Shown here in pieces: positions 22,401 to 34,774 of a stretch of 64,000 bases of DNA; the stretch's first letter is position 1; the number at the start of each line of letters is the position of its first letter. The translations under genes and the position numbers were made by a program. Under the pieces are notes generated by a model. That model did no database searches and was not told the DNA's origin. It saw nothing but the letters and a program-made list of their open reading frames with translations. This DNA is from Chiloscyllium plagiosum. Lineage: Eukaryota. The stretch spans positions 75,089,859-75,153,858 of the forward strand of contig NC_057718.1 of assembly GCF_004010195.1 (NCBI RefSeq), written 5' to 3'.

Positions 22401-24974
22401 TTTTAAAAACTTCATCAATCCTTCAACATTTCAGAATCAAGAATACAGAAAGGTAAAATGATAAGGTCTTTGCAGGACTGATTGAAATATGATAACCTGT
22501 TGTGATCAATAGATTTTAATTATTACCCTTTGTCAGTTCTAATTCAGGTCCTGGATCTCTCACAGGCCATTGCAGCTTGATAATGGAGCTGGTGAAATAG
22601 GGGGCCTTCAGTGAGTTGATGCTTGAGGAAGCACCATCAGCAGATTCTTGTCCATTCTCCATTAGCTCAGTTTCACAAGTCAGTGTGGGTATTGTTTTTG
22701 GTTATGCTGCCAGATAGTGAGCGACAGATCACAATTGAGCAGCAGTACATATTAGATAATAGCTGAGAGTTGTTGCTCTTGGAGGGCATAGGGCACAAAT
22801 CTGCTCGATAGCCTCAGCTGTTGAACCTTGAGATTCATCTATGAGTCAGACAATTCTACAACTGCAGCAGAAAATGTGAAATTTTGTCATTATTTCCAGC
22901 AGTTCTGTGCATCACTGGTGAGAACATTTCAAGCATGAATATCATGCTATCTCAGATATTTTGATGGATATCCACCTCCATGGTGAGAGTGGTCACTTTC
23001 ATGGAGTACAGGAGAAAAAGTACAATTCTTGCTGGTCCTCACTACTGGTTTTGTATGCTCAATCTGTCAGTTTCAATAATATGGAGGACAGGATTGTCTT
23101 GGTCACTTAGGACCTCACTTAATCTCAGCAATATGCTTTCCAGTTCTTGTCAAGCAGGGACGTATCCATGGACCATGTAGGAAACAATGCGCTCTGATCA
23201 AGAGGCTCCAATTTCTGGACAGTTGACTACCTACTCCTAGACTCTCAGTCACAACTCAACCAGTTGTCCTGTCGCAAAGGTAGAGTCTGCTACTGCCCAC
23301 ATGCATGCATAGCAATCTTTGTTGGGGTTACAAATCAGACAATTCCAGCCGTAGACAAGCTCAACCATGAGAGCAAAGAATGTGTAGCCTGCCTCCAACT
23401 CTGCTGAGGCCAGTACCATACTGACGTCATTGGAAGTGAATGCTAATTTATATGAGGAATCATTTGCGGGTTTATATGTGGCACTATCAATTGATTGGAA
23501 ATACTAAAGCTGTAACATTTTATAAAGTCTCCATTATTCAATCATTTCTACTGTTGTCTCTCATCTGCTCATTCATCATCAGCCTCAAAAAAACTGCTAT
23601 GACCAGAGTTGAGCAATATGTTAATGAAACAGGAGGGATACTTCCATTGCGTGGAGGGTGACGATGTTGGTGAGTGGATGCATTGAGTGGGTTTTGTATG
23701 TTGTGCCACACGGCTTTGAGAAATAAGGTTAATTTAAATGGAGCTCAACTCTATCCTGTGAGTGGAAGATGGCTGAAGAAGGGAAACTGGTTCTGTTTCT
23801 GGTGATGATGCTGCTTCTCTTGTTCCTCATCAGAACTCAAAGGCAGAATGATATAAGCTGCTCCCAAGCTACTGTGAAGGCTGGCAGCAGGGAAGTGCAT
23901 ATCAATAGGAAAACAATCCAAGGTTCATAGAATTGACCTCCACAGTATTGCAAATTACCTCCAAAGCAGTGAAAACATACTCTCAGAACAAATCCTCTGA
24001 GTAAAAGTCTTTCATTTAGTCCTGGAACTGCATTTCAAGCTTTCCATTTTAAAGATTTCAATTTCAGCTCAATCAATCACTGTTGCTATCCATATATTCG
24101 AACCTGGTGACTTTCAGACAGCCCAGGAAATGCAGTGGACATTGGTTATAGCCAGAATGTGAAACTGAATCTGATTTATATTTATATTGTTAATTCTCAG
24201 GCTCACACTTCCATGAGAATTTTCCATGTACTTGCAAATGTGCATTTGGGAGTGAACAGGGTTTCATTAAATTGCTGACAAGTTGGTATTTTGGATTTTG
24301 ATGTGCTGTATATATCGACACAAACTTGCCTCACCCCACTCCAACCTATCCAATCCCACGGCACCCTCCATTACCTCAGCAGGTTCAGCTTTCCCTCTTT
24401 GAATCAGCTGTATTGTGAATTGTGCAAATATCTTGTTTGCTTTTAGATAGATGGAGGAGATGTTTCCACTTGAGGATAGGATGGGTTGTTTCACATGATT
24501 ATTTTCTTCTCAGATGATTGCTTTGGATTCAGGAATAGAAGACCAAATCCTATGAGCAGGTGGGTAGGAGATTCTGCCTCCTGCCAGGACGTCCCAGGTT
24601 CTTAATTCCAGGCACCATACTGAAACCTAGAGTGGACTTTGCTCTCTGCAATTCAGGAGCATTACTTAACTTTTGCTCATCACAACCTCCTCCATAATAT
24701 CATAGTCACGACCTAACCAATGGCTTGAACATAATCTTCCTGCTTTTAAACTCTATGACTGAACAAATAAAGGCAATAATAATATGCCTTCTTAACCACT
24801 TTATTTACCTGTCCTGATACTTTAAGCGACTGGTATATATGCACACTAATGTCTCCCGATCCTCAATGATTCCCAGGATCTTACCTTTGCTTTGCCTTAA
24901 TGACTGACTGTTCTAAATTCATTAGGGGTTTCATTGTGATAAGACAGTACTTATCAACTGAAATATCCCAAATG

Positions 24975-25720
24975 TTGCCTATACACTTAATGGTAAGTTC
25001 CTAGGGAGTGTTGCTGAACAAAGAGACCTTGGAGTGCTGGTTCATAGCTCCTTGAAAGTGGAGTCGCAGGTAGATAGGATAGTGAAGAAGGCATTTGGTA
25101 TACTTTCTTTTATTGGTCAGAGTATTGCGTACAGGAGTTGGGAAGTCATGTTGTGGCTGTACAGGACATTGGTTAGGCCACTGTTGGAATATTGCATGCA
25201 ATTCTGGTCTCCTTCCTATCGGAAAGACGTTGTGAAATTTGAAAGGGTTCAGAAAAGATTTACAAGGATGTTGCCAGGGTTGGAGGATTTGAGCTACAGG
25301 GAGAGGCTGAACAAGCTGGAGCTGTTTTCCCTGGAGCATCAGAGGCTGAGGGTTGACCTTATAGAGGTTTATAAAATTATGAGGGGCATGGATAGGGTAA
25401 ATAGGCAAAGTCTTTTCCCTGGGGTCAGGGAGTCCAGAACTAGAGGGCATAGGTTTAGGGTGAGAGGGGAAAGATATAAAAGAGACCTTCGGTGCAACTT
25501 TTTCACATAGAGGGTGGTACAGGTATGAAATGAGCTGCCAGAGGTTGGTACAATTGCAACATTTAAGAGGCATTTGGATGGATATATGAATAGGAAGGGT
25601 CTGGAGGGATATGGGCCGGGTGCTGGCAGGTGGGACTAGATTGTGTTAGGCTATTTGGTCGGCATGGACAGGTTGGACTAATGGGTCTGTTTCCATGCTG
25701 TATATCTCTATGACTCTATG
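24975..25720 (+). mobile_element. 5'-truncated CR1 LINE (same subfamily as 1-1220)
   Basis: ORF 25034-25510; ctctatgactctatg tail. Confidence 0.93.
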
Positions 25721-25829
25721 TTGCAGTTCAGTCCTCAATTAATTGGAGCTAATTACAACATCTTAAACTCTGAGCAGCTGATTGAATTAAACAAGGTATC
25801 TGGTACCTCAAATGTTCAACTGTTGAGGA

Positions 25830-26130
25830 ACAGTATATGAAGAATCAGGAGACAACAGCTTCAAGTCCCTCAGGCTTTCCTCATCAGATCTTCTCTCCAT
25901 ACCAGGCAACATGCTAGTAGAAATCCACTGAACCCTATCCAAAGCTCCCACACCCTTCCTATAAGGTGAGATCCCAAAGTTCCAAGTGACTATATCTGGA
26001 TAAATACAGTTGACAAAAGTGAGGACTGCAGATGCTGGAGGCCAGAGTTGACAGTGTGGGGCTGGAAAAGCACAGCAGGTCAGGCAGCATCTGAGGAGCA
26101 GGAGAATCAATGTTTATGCAGTAAGCCTTC
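25830..26130 (-). mobile_element. CR1 fragment (25830-25970) plus PLE family B terminus (26013-26130)
   Basis: SPYRKGVGALDRVQ; aaagtgaggactgcagatgctggag terminus. Confidence 0.7.
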
Positions 26131-26384
26131 TTGTTATCCAGGAGGTTGTTTCTTCTACAGATTATACAATAACAATATATCCACTACCACTAATTGCTAA
26201 ATAGGCTGAAGACCAAGGAAAATTGGTGAAAATGAACTAGCTCTAAAAATGAACACCATCGCCTGCGAGTTCCCTTCCAAGCCACTAACCATCTTGACTT
26301 GGAAATATATCGCACTTCCTTCATTTTCACCGTGTCAAAATCTAGGAACTCACTCCCTAACTGCATTTGTGGCCCTGAGAGATA

Positions 26385-27475
26385 ATAAAGACTGCAGATG
26401 CAGGAATTCAAAGTCAATGAAATGTGGAGTTAGAAAGGCACAGCAGGTCTGGCAGCATTGGAGTAGCAGGAAAGTCAATGTCTCAGGTTGGGACCCTTCT
26501 CAGGACTAGGGAGGAGGAAGGGAGCTAGAAATAGAGGGAGGTGTGGGGGTTGAGAGAAAGGTAAATGGAATAGTGATAGGTAGATGCAGGTAGGAGGTTA
26601 TTGTGATTGGTCAGTGGGAAGGGTGGAGCGGATAGGTGACAAGGAAGATTGATAGGTCAGGTCAAAGGGGGCAGAGTGGAGAGGGAAGGCTGACATGGGA
26701 TGAGGTTTGGGATGGGGAGATTTAGAAGGTGCTGAACTCTATGTTGAGGCCACTGGGTTGTAAGCTCCCAAAGTGGAATATAAGGCATTGTTTCTCCAGT
26801 TAGTGTATGGCCTTATTTTAACAGTGGAGGATGCCCAGGATAGACCTGTTGCCAGGGGAGTGGGAATAGGAATGGGAAAGAGAATTGAAATGGCTGGCAA
26901 CTAGGTGGTTGTATCGATTGGGTGTACAGAATGCAGATGCTCTGTGAACTGGTTGCTGAGTATATACTTGGTCTCTCCGATGTAGAGGAGACCACATTTG
27001 GAGCAACAGCTGTAATAAAGCAGGTTAGAAGTGCAGGTGAAGCTTTGCTGGATTTGGAATGATTATTTAGGGCTTTGGATGGAGGTGAGATGGGAGATGT
27101 AGGGGCAGGGGTTACACATCTTGCAATTGCAGGGAAAGGTGCCGGGCATGGAGGAGAGGTTGGTAAGGAGTATGGAACTGACAAGGGAGTTGCGGAGTGA
27201 ATGATCCCTACAAAAGCAGATAGGGGTGGGGAAGGAAATATATTTTTGGTGGTGGGGTCTGACTGCAGGTGGTGAAAATGGCAGAGGATGATGCATTGGA
27301 TTCGGAGATTGGTAGCGTGGTGTGTGAGGACCAGGGTGACTCTTTATTGTGGTTGGGGGGAGAGGATTTCAGGGCAGAGGTGCAGGAAATGGAGGAGATG
27401 CAGCTGAGGGCATTATTAATTACAGGAAAAGGGAAATTACGGTCCTTGAAGTAGGAGGACATCTGGGATGTGCTG
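26385..27475 (-). mobile_element. Penelope-like element (family B-related), 3' part, inserted in an older CR1-type 3' end (26250-26372 / 27490-27618)
   Basis: MSSYFKDRNFP.., frameshifted CGLLYIGETK GIY-YIG motif, terminal repeat; host LINE tail aagaaggcagctcac..aaatgctggcc resumes afterwards. Confidence 0.82.
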
Positions 27476-28999
27476 GGTGCATTGTTGATCTATCTACATC
27501 AAATGGACTGCAGTGATTCAAGAAGGCAGCTCACTACTACCTTCTCAAGGATAGCTAGAGATGGGAAACAAATGCTGGCCCAGTCAACAATGTACACATC
27601 CCAAGAGTGAATTAAAAAAAATCATTTACAGATTGCAGAGGTGGCAAATATGAGGCATCAGGAATGGTCACCTGTGGAAATACCATAATACCTTATTAAA
27701 CTGTGCAGACCACATGGTGTAGGTGCACACATAGTACTGTTAAGGAGGGAGTCAGGTTTTGGTCTCATAAAAGCCAAGAATAGCAGTGTCTTTCTAAAGC
27801 CATATAGTCTGCCTTGGTAGCTGGCAATAAACTTGAAGATAAGTTACAGAAAAGCAAAAGGGAAAGATTTGGCATTGACACTTGTTAATATGTTTCATAA
27901 GTGCTTGTGGTACACAAAGCCTATGCATTTGTGCTGTGAATCATTCAAGAAAAATCATTGCAACTTGGCTTCATTATATTTAAAGTGCTAGCATATTATT
28001 ACAAGTGCTCAACACCCACACACCATGTTATTGAATCTTTGCACATTATTGAACACATTATTTTTCTGATTTTTATGCAGCTCTTTACTTTTGTCTACAA
28101 TGTTATTGTGAAAAAATTCATGCTTCTTACCTTACCAAATGTAGCTGAAAGCTATTTTAAAATCTATTATTGAGCTAGTTCCCAAACCAAATTGTCATGC
28201 AGAAGTGAATTTTCCTCTTCTTATTAGTATGGGACATGCATGTTGGATAGCAACCAATGTGCTACCCCCACCTGAGAAAATTAATCCAATCAGCTCACTA
28301 AGAACTGAAAGGTGAGCATTATAGCAAATCACAGGCTGTGGCACTGACTTCCCATCTTGGAAAGCAATGTCTGACAATCAGAGACTGGGAGTTTCTTGGT
28401 GGTCAAGCCTGCTGCATGAGCCAGGAATAGAGGGGTTACTTTGCTGCCAAGACAACCATGGGTTTGTCTTTCCCTTAGATTTGAGCAATTGGAGGCCTGT
28501 TTTCCCTGCAAAATTATCTACTTTTCTGGCTTCCACGGGAAGGCAGGTGATTATGGATGTGATGAGCTGAGGGCCTTAAAACGCCAGAAATTGACCGCTT
28601 AAGGGCCTTAATTGGAGTGTATAAAATCAACTAAAAACTGGCATCTATGATGTTTGGATCTTGCAAAGAGGCTGTGAAGGATCATCCAATTGGTAATACT
28701 GGCTGAAGATTATTGTGAAATTAAGCTTCAGCCTTGTCCATTTGAACTGATTTGCTGGATTCCTCCAGCATTCAGAATGGGGCTATTCAGGGGCTATTCA
28801 ATAATGTTCTTCCATTAGTTGTTAAAATGTTCCTCCCCAGATTGCAGAGCATTGATCTAACCAACCGATTTGTTGGTTCCTGTAACTCTATCTAGAGAAT
28901 AGTGTTTCACTATTTAGCACGCATGGAGATTAATTAGAATCTTATTAGAAACTTATTAAAGGGCTTTTGAGGTAAGACTGATCATATTCTAATGAAATT

Positions 29000-30120
29000 T
29001 GATACTGAACTTGAAAAAAAATAATACCTACACAAAGCTAGGTATGAAACTCAAGATGACTAAAGTAAAATGGAAACTGCATATAAAAATGGCTAGCTTG
29101 AAACAAACGCATTTTTACAACTGGAGTAACAGTGAGATATAGATGACATTAGATTAAATGAAGAGGCTACAGTGTTACCAAAAAAGAACAGTAAACCTGG
29201 GAACTGGGAGATTTAGAATTCAGCAAAATGAGCCAATTAATTTGTAATAAAGTAACGACTGAGAGTAGAATAGCAAGTGACATAAAAACTGTGATTTTTC
29301 TACATCAATACAGTATAGGAAAAGATAAATGGAAGCAAGTGTGGGATCAAAAGAAAAATAAAAGCATAATGGAAAGAAGGAGTGGAAAGACATTGAACAA
29401 GAGTTTTTGTCTATCGTTGCAGTCAAAAAAAAGGTCCATAAATAATGAACCAAGGCCACTACACAAATGAAGAACTTGAAAATAATCAATTGAACAAATA
29501 AATAGAACTGGAGAAAGGAAGTGACAATGACACCTGGCAGAAAGTGAGGACTACAGATGCTGGAGATCAGAGTAGAGAGTGTGTTGTTGGGAAAGCACAG
29601 CAGGTCAGGCAGCATCTGAGGAGCAGGAGAATTGACATTGAGAGGATACGCTCTTCATCAGGAAAGATACCTGGCAACCTATTTATTAGGCTTTTCAAAA
29701 TGGTAGCTTCAGAGATAGTGAAACTGCTGGTTTTGGTCTTTCAGGACTTTTTTAGTTTCTGGAACAGTTCCCAAGAATTACAACATAATAAATATATCCC
29801 AATTATTCAAAAAAGGAGTACTATGGCAGTTGAAACCTTTAGGGTAGTAAACTGAACGTTAGGGTTTGATATAATCTATGCTAATAGGGCAGTTAGAAAA
29901 TTATTGCATGATTAGGTGAAGTCAACATGGAGTTATGGAAAAGAAATCCTGTTTAATGAATCGATCAGACTTTTTCAGTATGCATTGAGAGGACTAATGT
30001 GGGAGAAACCGTAGATGTAGTGGATTTGGATTTTCAGTGAACATTCAAGAAAAGGTCACAAATTATCATAAATTTAAAGGATATAGGATTTGGGGTGATA
30101 CATTAGAATTGATCCAAGTT
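29000..30120 (+). mobile_element. Old CR1 ORF2 fragment containing a short PLE terminus (29540-29665)
   Basis: Decayed RT motifs; PLE piece flanked by gaYacctggca at 29529-29539 and 29666-29676. Confidence 0.65.
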
Positions 30121-30343
30121 AGCAATTTTGGTATTACAACCTGAGCAACAGGTAAACTGATATAGCGTAAATCTGGGGTAACAAGGAGTTATTTCACTTG
30201 AGACATGCTCGGACCAGGATCTTGGCAAATCAAATATCTAATAGGTCAGGTAGCATCTGAGGAGCAGGAGAGTCAATGTTTTGAACATAGGCCCTTCATC
30301 CCAAAACGTTGACTCTGATCTCCAACATCTGCAGTCCTCACTT

Positions 30344-32115
30344 TAGACCATAGAAAGTTACAGCACAGTACAGGCCCTTCAGCCCTCGATGTTGCGCCAA
30401 TCTGTGGAACCAATCTGAAGCCTATCTATACTACACCAGTCCATTTTAATCCATATGTTTATCCAATGGCTGTTTAAATGCCCTTTAAGTTGGCAAGTTT
30501 ACTACTGTTGCAGGCAGGGCATTCCATGCCCTTACTACTCTGAGTAAAGAAACCACCGTCTGAGGAAAAAGGCTGTCACTGTTCACCCTATCTAACCCTC
30601 TGATTATCTTATATGTCTCAATTAAATCACCTATCAACCTTTTCTCTCTAATAAAAACAAACAGTCTCAACTCCCTCAGCTTTTCTTCATTAGATCCTCC
30701 CTCCATACCAGGCAACAGCCTAGTAAATAGTCTCTAAACACTTTCCAAAGCTTCTATATCCTTCCTATAATGCAGTGACTAGAACTGTAGGCAATACTTC
30801 AAATCGGCCACACCAGAGTTTTGCACAGCTGCAACATGACCTTGTGGCTCCGAAACTCAATTCCTCTACCAGTAAAAGCTAACATACCATATGCCTTCTT
30901 AACAACCCTATAAATCTGGGTGGCAACTTTGAGGGATCTACGTACATGAACGGCGAGATCTCTCTGCTCCTCTACACTACCAAGAATCTTACCACTAGTC
31001 CAGTACTCTTTATTTCTGTTGGACCTTCCAAAGTGAATCACTTCACACTTTTCCACATTAAACTCCATTTGCCACCTCTCAGTCCAGGTCTGCAGCTTAT
31101 CTACGTCCCTCGGTAACCTGCAATGTTGCCATACCCTTTTCTGCTGACAACCATATCACCTCTCCAGAATTTTTCCCTCTCCCCCATATCTACTTGATTT
31201 CAAGCCTTCTCTATAGCTCTAGATATTTGTTTTGGAGAAAGTGAGAGTTAATGTTTTGGACATAAGCCCTTCATCCTGATAGTATCCACAACTCCACTGA
31301 CCTTAGTGTCATCCAGGTCATATATAAAAATGACAAACAGCAGTGGACCCAAAACTGATCCTTGTAGTGTACCACGAGGCACTGAACTCCAGGATGAACA
31401 TTTCTCATCAACCACCACCCTCTGTCTTCTTTCAGCTAGTCAATTTCTGATCCAAACTGCTAAATCACCCTCAATCTCATACTTCTGTATTTTGTACAAT
31501 AGCCTACCATGGGGAACCTTATCAAACATCTTACTGAAATCCATACACACCACATCAACCACTTTACTCTCATTCACCTGTTTGGTCACCTTCTCAAAGA
31601 ACTCAGTGAGGTTTGTGAGGTACAATCTACCCTTCACAAAACCATGTTGACTATCCCGGATCAACTTATTCCTTTCTAGATGATTATAAATCCTGTCTCT
31701 TATAACCTTTTCCAACATTTTACCCACAATCGAAGTAAGGCTCACTGGTCTTATCAGGGCTGTCTCTACTCCCCTTCTTGAACAAGAGGAATGCATTTGT
31801 TATTCTCCAGTGTTCTGGCATTGTTCCTGTAGACAATAATGACTTAAAGACCAAAGCCAGAGGCTTTGCAATCTCCTCCCTGGCTTCCCAGAGACTACTC
31901 AGATAAATCCCATTCAGCCCAGGGGACCTATCTATTTTCACACTTTCCAAAATTGCTAACACCTCCTGCTTGTGAACCTCAATCCCATCCAATCTAGTAG
32001 CCAGTATCTCAGTATTCTCCCCAACAACGTTGTCTTTTTCCAGTGTGAATAGTGATGAAAAATATTCATTTAGCACTTCCTGTATCTTCTCAGACTCCAC
32101 ACACAACTTCCCACC
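30344..32115 (-). mobile_element. CR1 LINE (RT and 3' tail), interrupted at ~31125-31280
   Basis: ORFs 31720-32106, 31440-31796, 30799-31068, 30485-30715; tail at 30344-30370. Confidence 0.92.
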
Positions 32116-32149
32116 TTTAACCTTCCAAATATTGACTGAGAATACTAAT

Positions 32150-34432
32150 GTTCAACTATTTTAGATGGGTCAGTTTTTGTCAATGTGTGCAGGAGGATTT
32201 CCTGACACAGTATGAAGATAGGTCAACAAAGGGTGAGGCCACATTAGGTAATGACCCCAGCCAGGCATTAGATTTGGAGATAGGTGAGCATTTTGCGATT
32301 GTGACCACAATATAGTTAGGTTCACTTTAACGATAAAAAGGGATAGGCATATACTGCAGGGCAAGAGTTATAGCTGGGGGAAAGTAATCATGATGTGATT
32401 AGGCTAGATTTAGGATGCATAGGATGGGGAAGGAAACTGTAGGGGATGGGCACAATTGAAATGTGGAGCTTATTCAAGGAACAACTATTGCGGGTCCTTG
32501 ATAAGTATGCACCTGTCAGGCAGAGAGGAAGTTGTTGAGCATGGGAGTCATGGTTTACAAAGGAAGTTGAATCTCTTGTCAAAAGGAAGAAGGTGGCTTA
32601 TGTTAGGATGAGATGTGATGGCTCAGTTAGGGCGCTTCAGAGTTACATGTTAGCCAGGAAAGACCTAAAGAGAGAGCTAAGAGGAGCCAGGAGGGGAGAT
32701 GAGAAGTCATTAGCAGGTAGGATCAAGGAAAACCCTAAAGCTTTCTATAAGTATGTTCAGAATAAAAGAATGGCTAGAGAAATATTGGGGCTAGTCAAGA
32801 ATAGTAGTGGGAAGTTGTGCGTGGAGTCAGAGGAATTAGGGCAAGTGCTAAATGAATATTTTTCATCAGTATTCACATGGGAAAAATAATGTTGTTGAGG
32901 ATAATACTGAGATACAGGCTACCAGACTAGATGGGATTGAGATTACAAGGAGGAGGTGTTAGCAATTCTGGAAAGTGTGAAAATAGGTAAGTCTCCTGGG
33001 CCGGATGGGATTTATCAGAGGATTCTGTGGGAAGCCAGGGAGGAGATTGCCAAGACTTTGGTTTTGATCGTTATGTTGTCATTGTCTACAGGAATAGTGC
33101 CAGATGACTGGGGGATAGCAAATGTTGTTCCCTTGTTCAAGAAGGGCAGTAGAGACAATCCTGCTAATTTTAGACCAGTGAGTCTTACTTTGGTGTTGGA
33201 TAAAAGGTTGGAAAAGGTTATAAGAGACAGGATTTATAATCATCTAGACAGGAATAAATTGATTAGGGATAGTTAACACAGTTTTGTGAAGGGTAGGTCG
33301 TACCTCACAAACCTTAGTGAGCTCTTTGAGAAGTTGACCAAACAGGTGGATGAGGGTAAAGCGATTGAGTGGTGTGTGTGGATTTCAGTAAGGTGTTTGA
33401 TAAGGTTCCATATGGTAGGCTACTGCACAAAATATGGAGGCATGGGATTGAGGGTGATTCAGCAGTTTGGATCAGAAATTGCGAGCTAAAAGAAGGTGGT
33501 AGTTGATGGGAAATGTTCATCCTGGAGTTCAGTTACTAGTGGTGCACCATAAGGATCTGTTTTGGGTCCACTGCTGTTTGTCATTTTTATAAATGACATG
33601 GATGAGGGCATAGAAGGATGGGTGAGTAAATTTACGGTTGGCACTAAGGTCTGTAGAGTTGTGGATAATGCTGAAGGATGTTGTAGATTACAGAGGGACA
33701 TAGATAAGCTGCTGAGAGGTGGGAAATGGAGTTTAATGCAGAAACGTGTGAGGTGATTCACTTTGGAAGAAGTAACAGGAATGCAGAGTACTGGATTAAT
33801 GGTAAGGTTATTGGTAGTGTAGATGAACAGAGAGATCTTGGTGCCCATGTACATAGATCCCTGGAAGTTGCCACCCAGGTTGATAGGGCTGTTAAGAAGG
33901 CACAGAGTGTGTTAGCTTTTATTAGTCAAGGGACTGAGTTTCAGAACTATGAGGTTATGCTGCAGTTGTGCAAAATTCTGGTGCGGCCAAACTTGGAGTA
34001 TTGCATGCAGTTCTGGTCACCGCATTATAGGAAGGATGTGGAAGCTTTGGTAAAAATGCAGAGGAGATTTACTAGGATGTTGCCTGGTATGGAGGGAAGG
34101 TCTTACGAGGAAAGGCTGAGGGACTTGAGGCTGTTGTCATTAGAGAAGGTTGAGAGGTGACTTTGATTGAGACATAAGATAATCAGAGGGTTAGATAGGG
34201 TGGACACTGGGAGTCTTTATTACTCGGATGATGATGGCTCGCACGAGGGGACATAGCTTTCAACTGAGGAGTGATAGATATAGGACAGATGTCAGAGGTA
34301 GTTTCTTTAATCAGAGAGTAGTTGGGACCTGGAATGCACTGCTTGCAACAGTAGTAGACTCGCCAACTTTAAGAGCATTTAGATTGTCATGGGATAGGCA
34401 TATGGATGAGAATGGAAGAGTGTTGGTTAGAT
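32150..34432 (+). mobile_element. CR1 LINE (end of APE, RT and 3' UTR)
   Basis: ORFs 32593-32889, 32956-33276, 33562-33756, 33726-34160, 34228-34458. Confidence 0.92.
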
Positions 34433-34742
34433 GGGCAGCACGGTGGCACAGTGGTTAGCACTGCTGCCTCACAGCGTCAGAGACCCAGGTTCAATTCCCG
34501 TCTCAGACGACTGTGTGGAGTTTGCACATTCTCCCCGTGTCTGCGTGGGTTTCCTCCGGGTGTTCTGGTTTCCTCCCACAGTCCAAAAACGTGCAGGTTA
34601 GGTGAATTGGCCATGCTAAATTGCCCATAGTGTTAGGTGAAGGGGTAAATGTAGGGGAATGGGTCCGGGTGGGTTGCGCTTCGGTGGGTCGGTGTAGACT
34701 TGTTGGGCCGAAGGGCCTGTTTCCACACTGTAAGTAATCTAA
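34433..34742 (+). mobile_element. HE1-like SINE, full length
   Basis: gggcagcacggtggcacagtggttagc..ccacactgtaagtaatct. Confidence 0.93.
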
Positions 34743-34774
34743 AAAATGATTGGTTTCTCAGGTTGGCAGATGAA

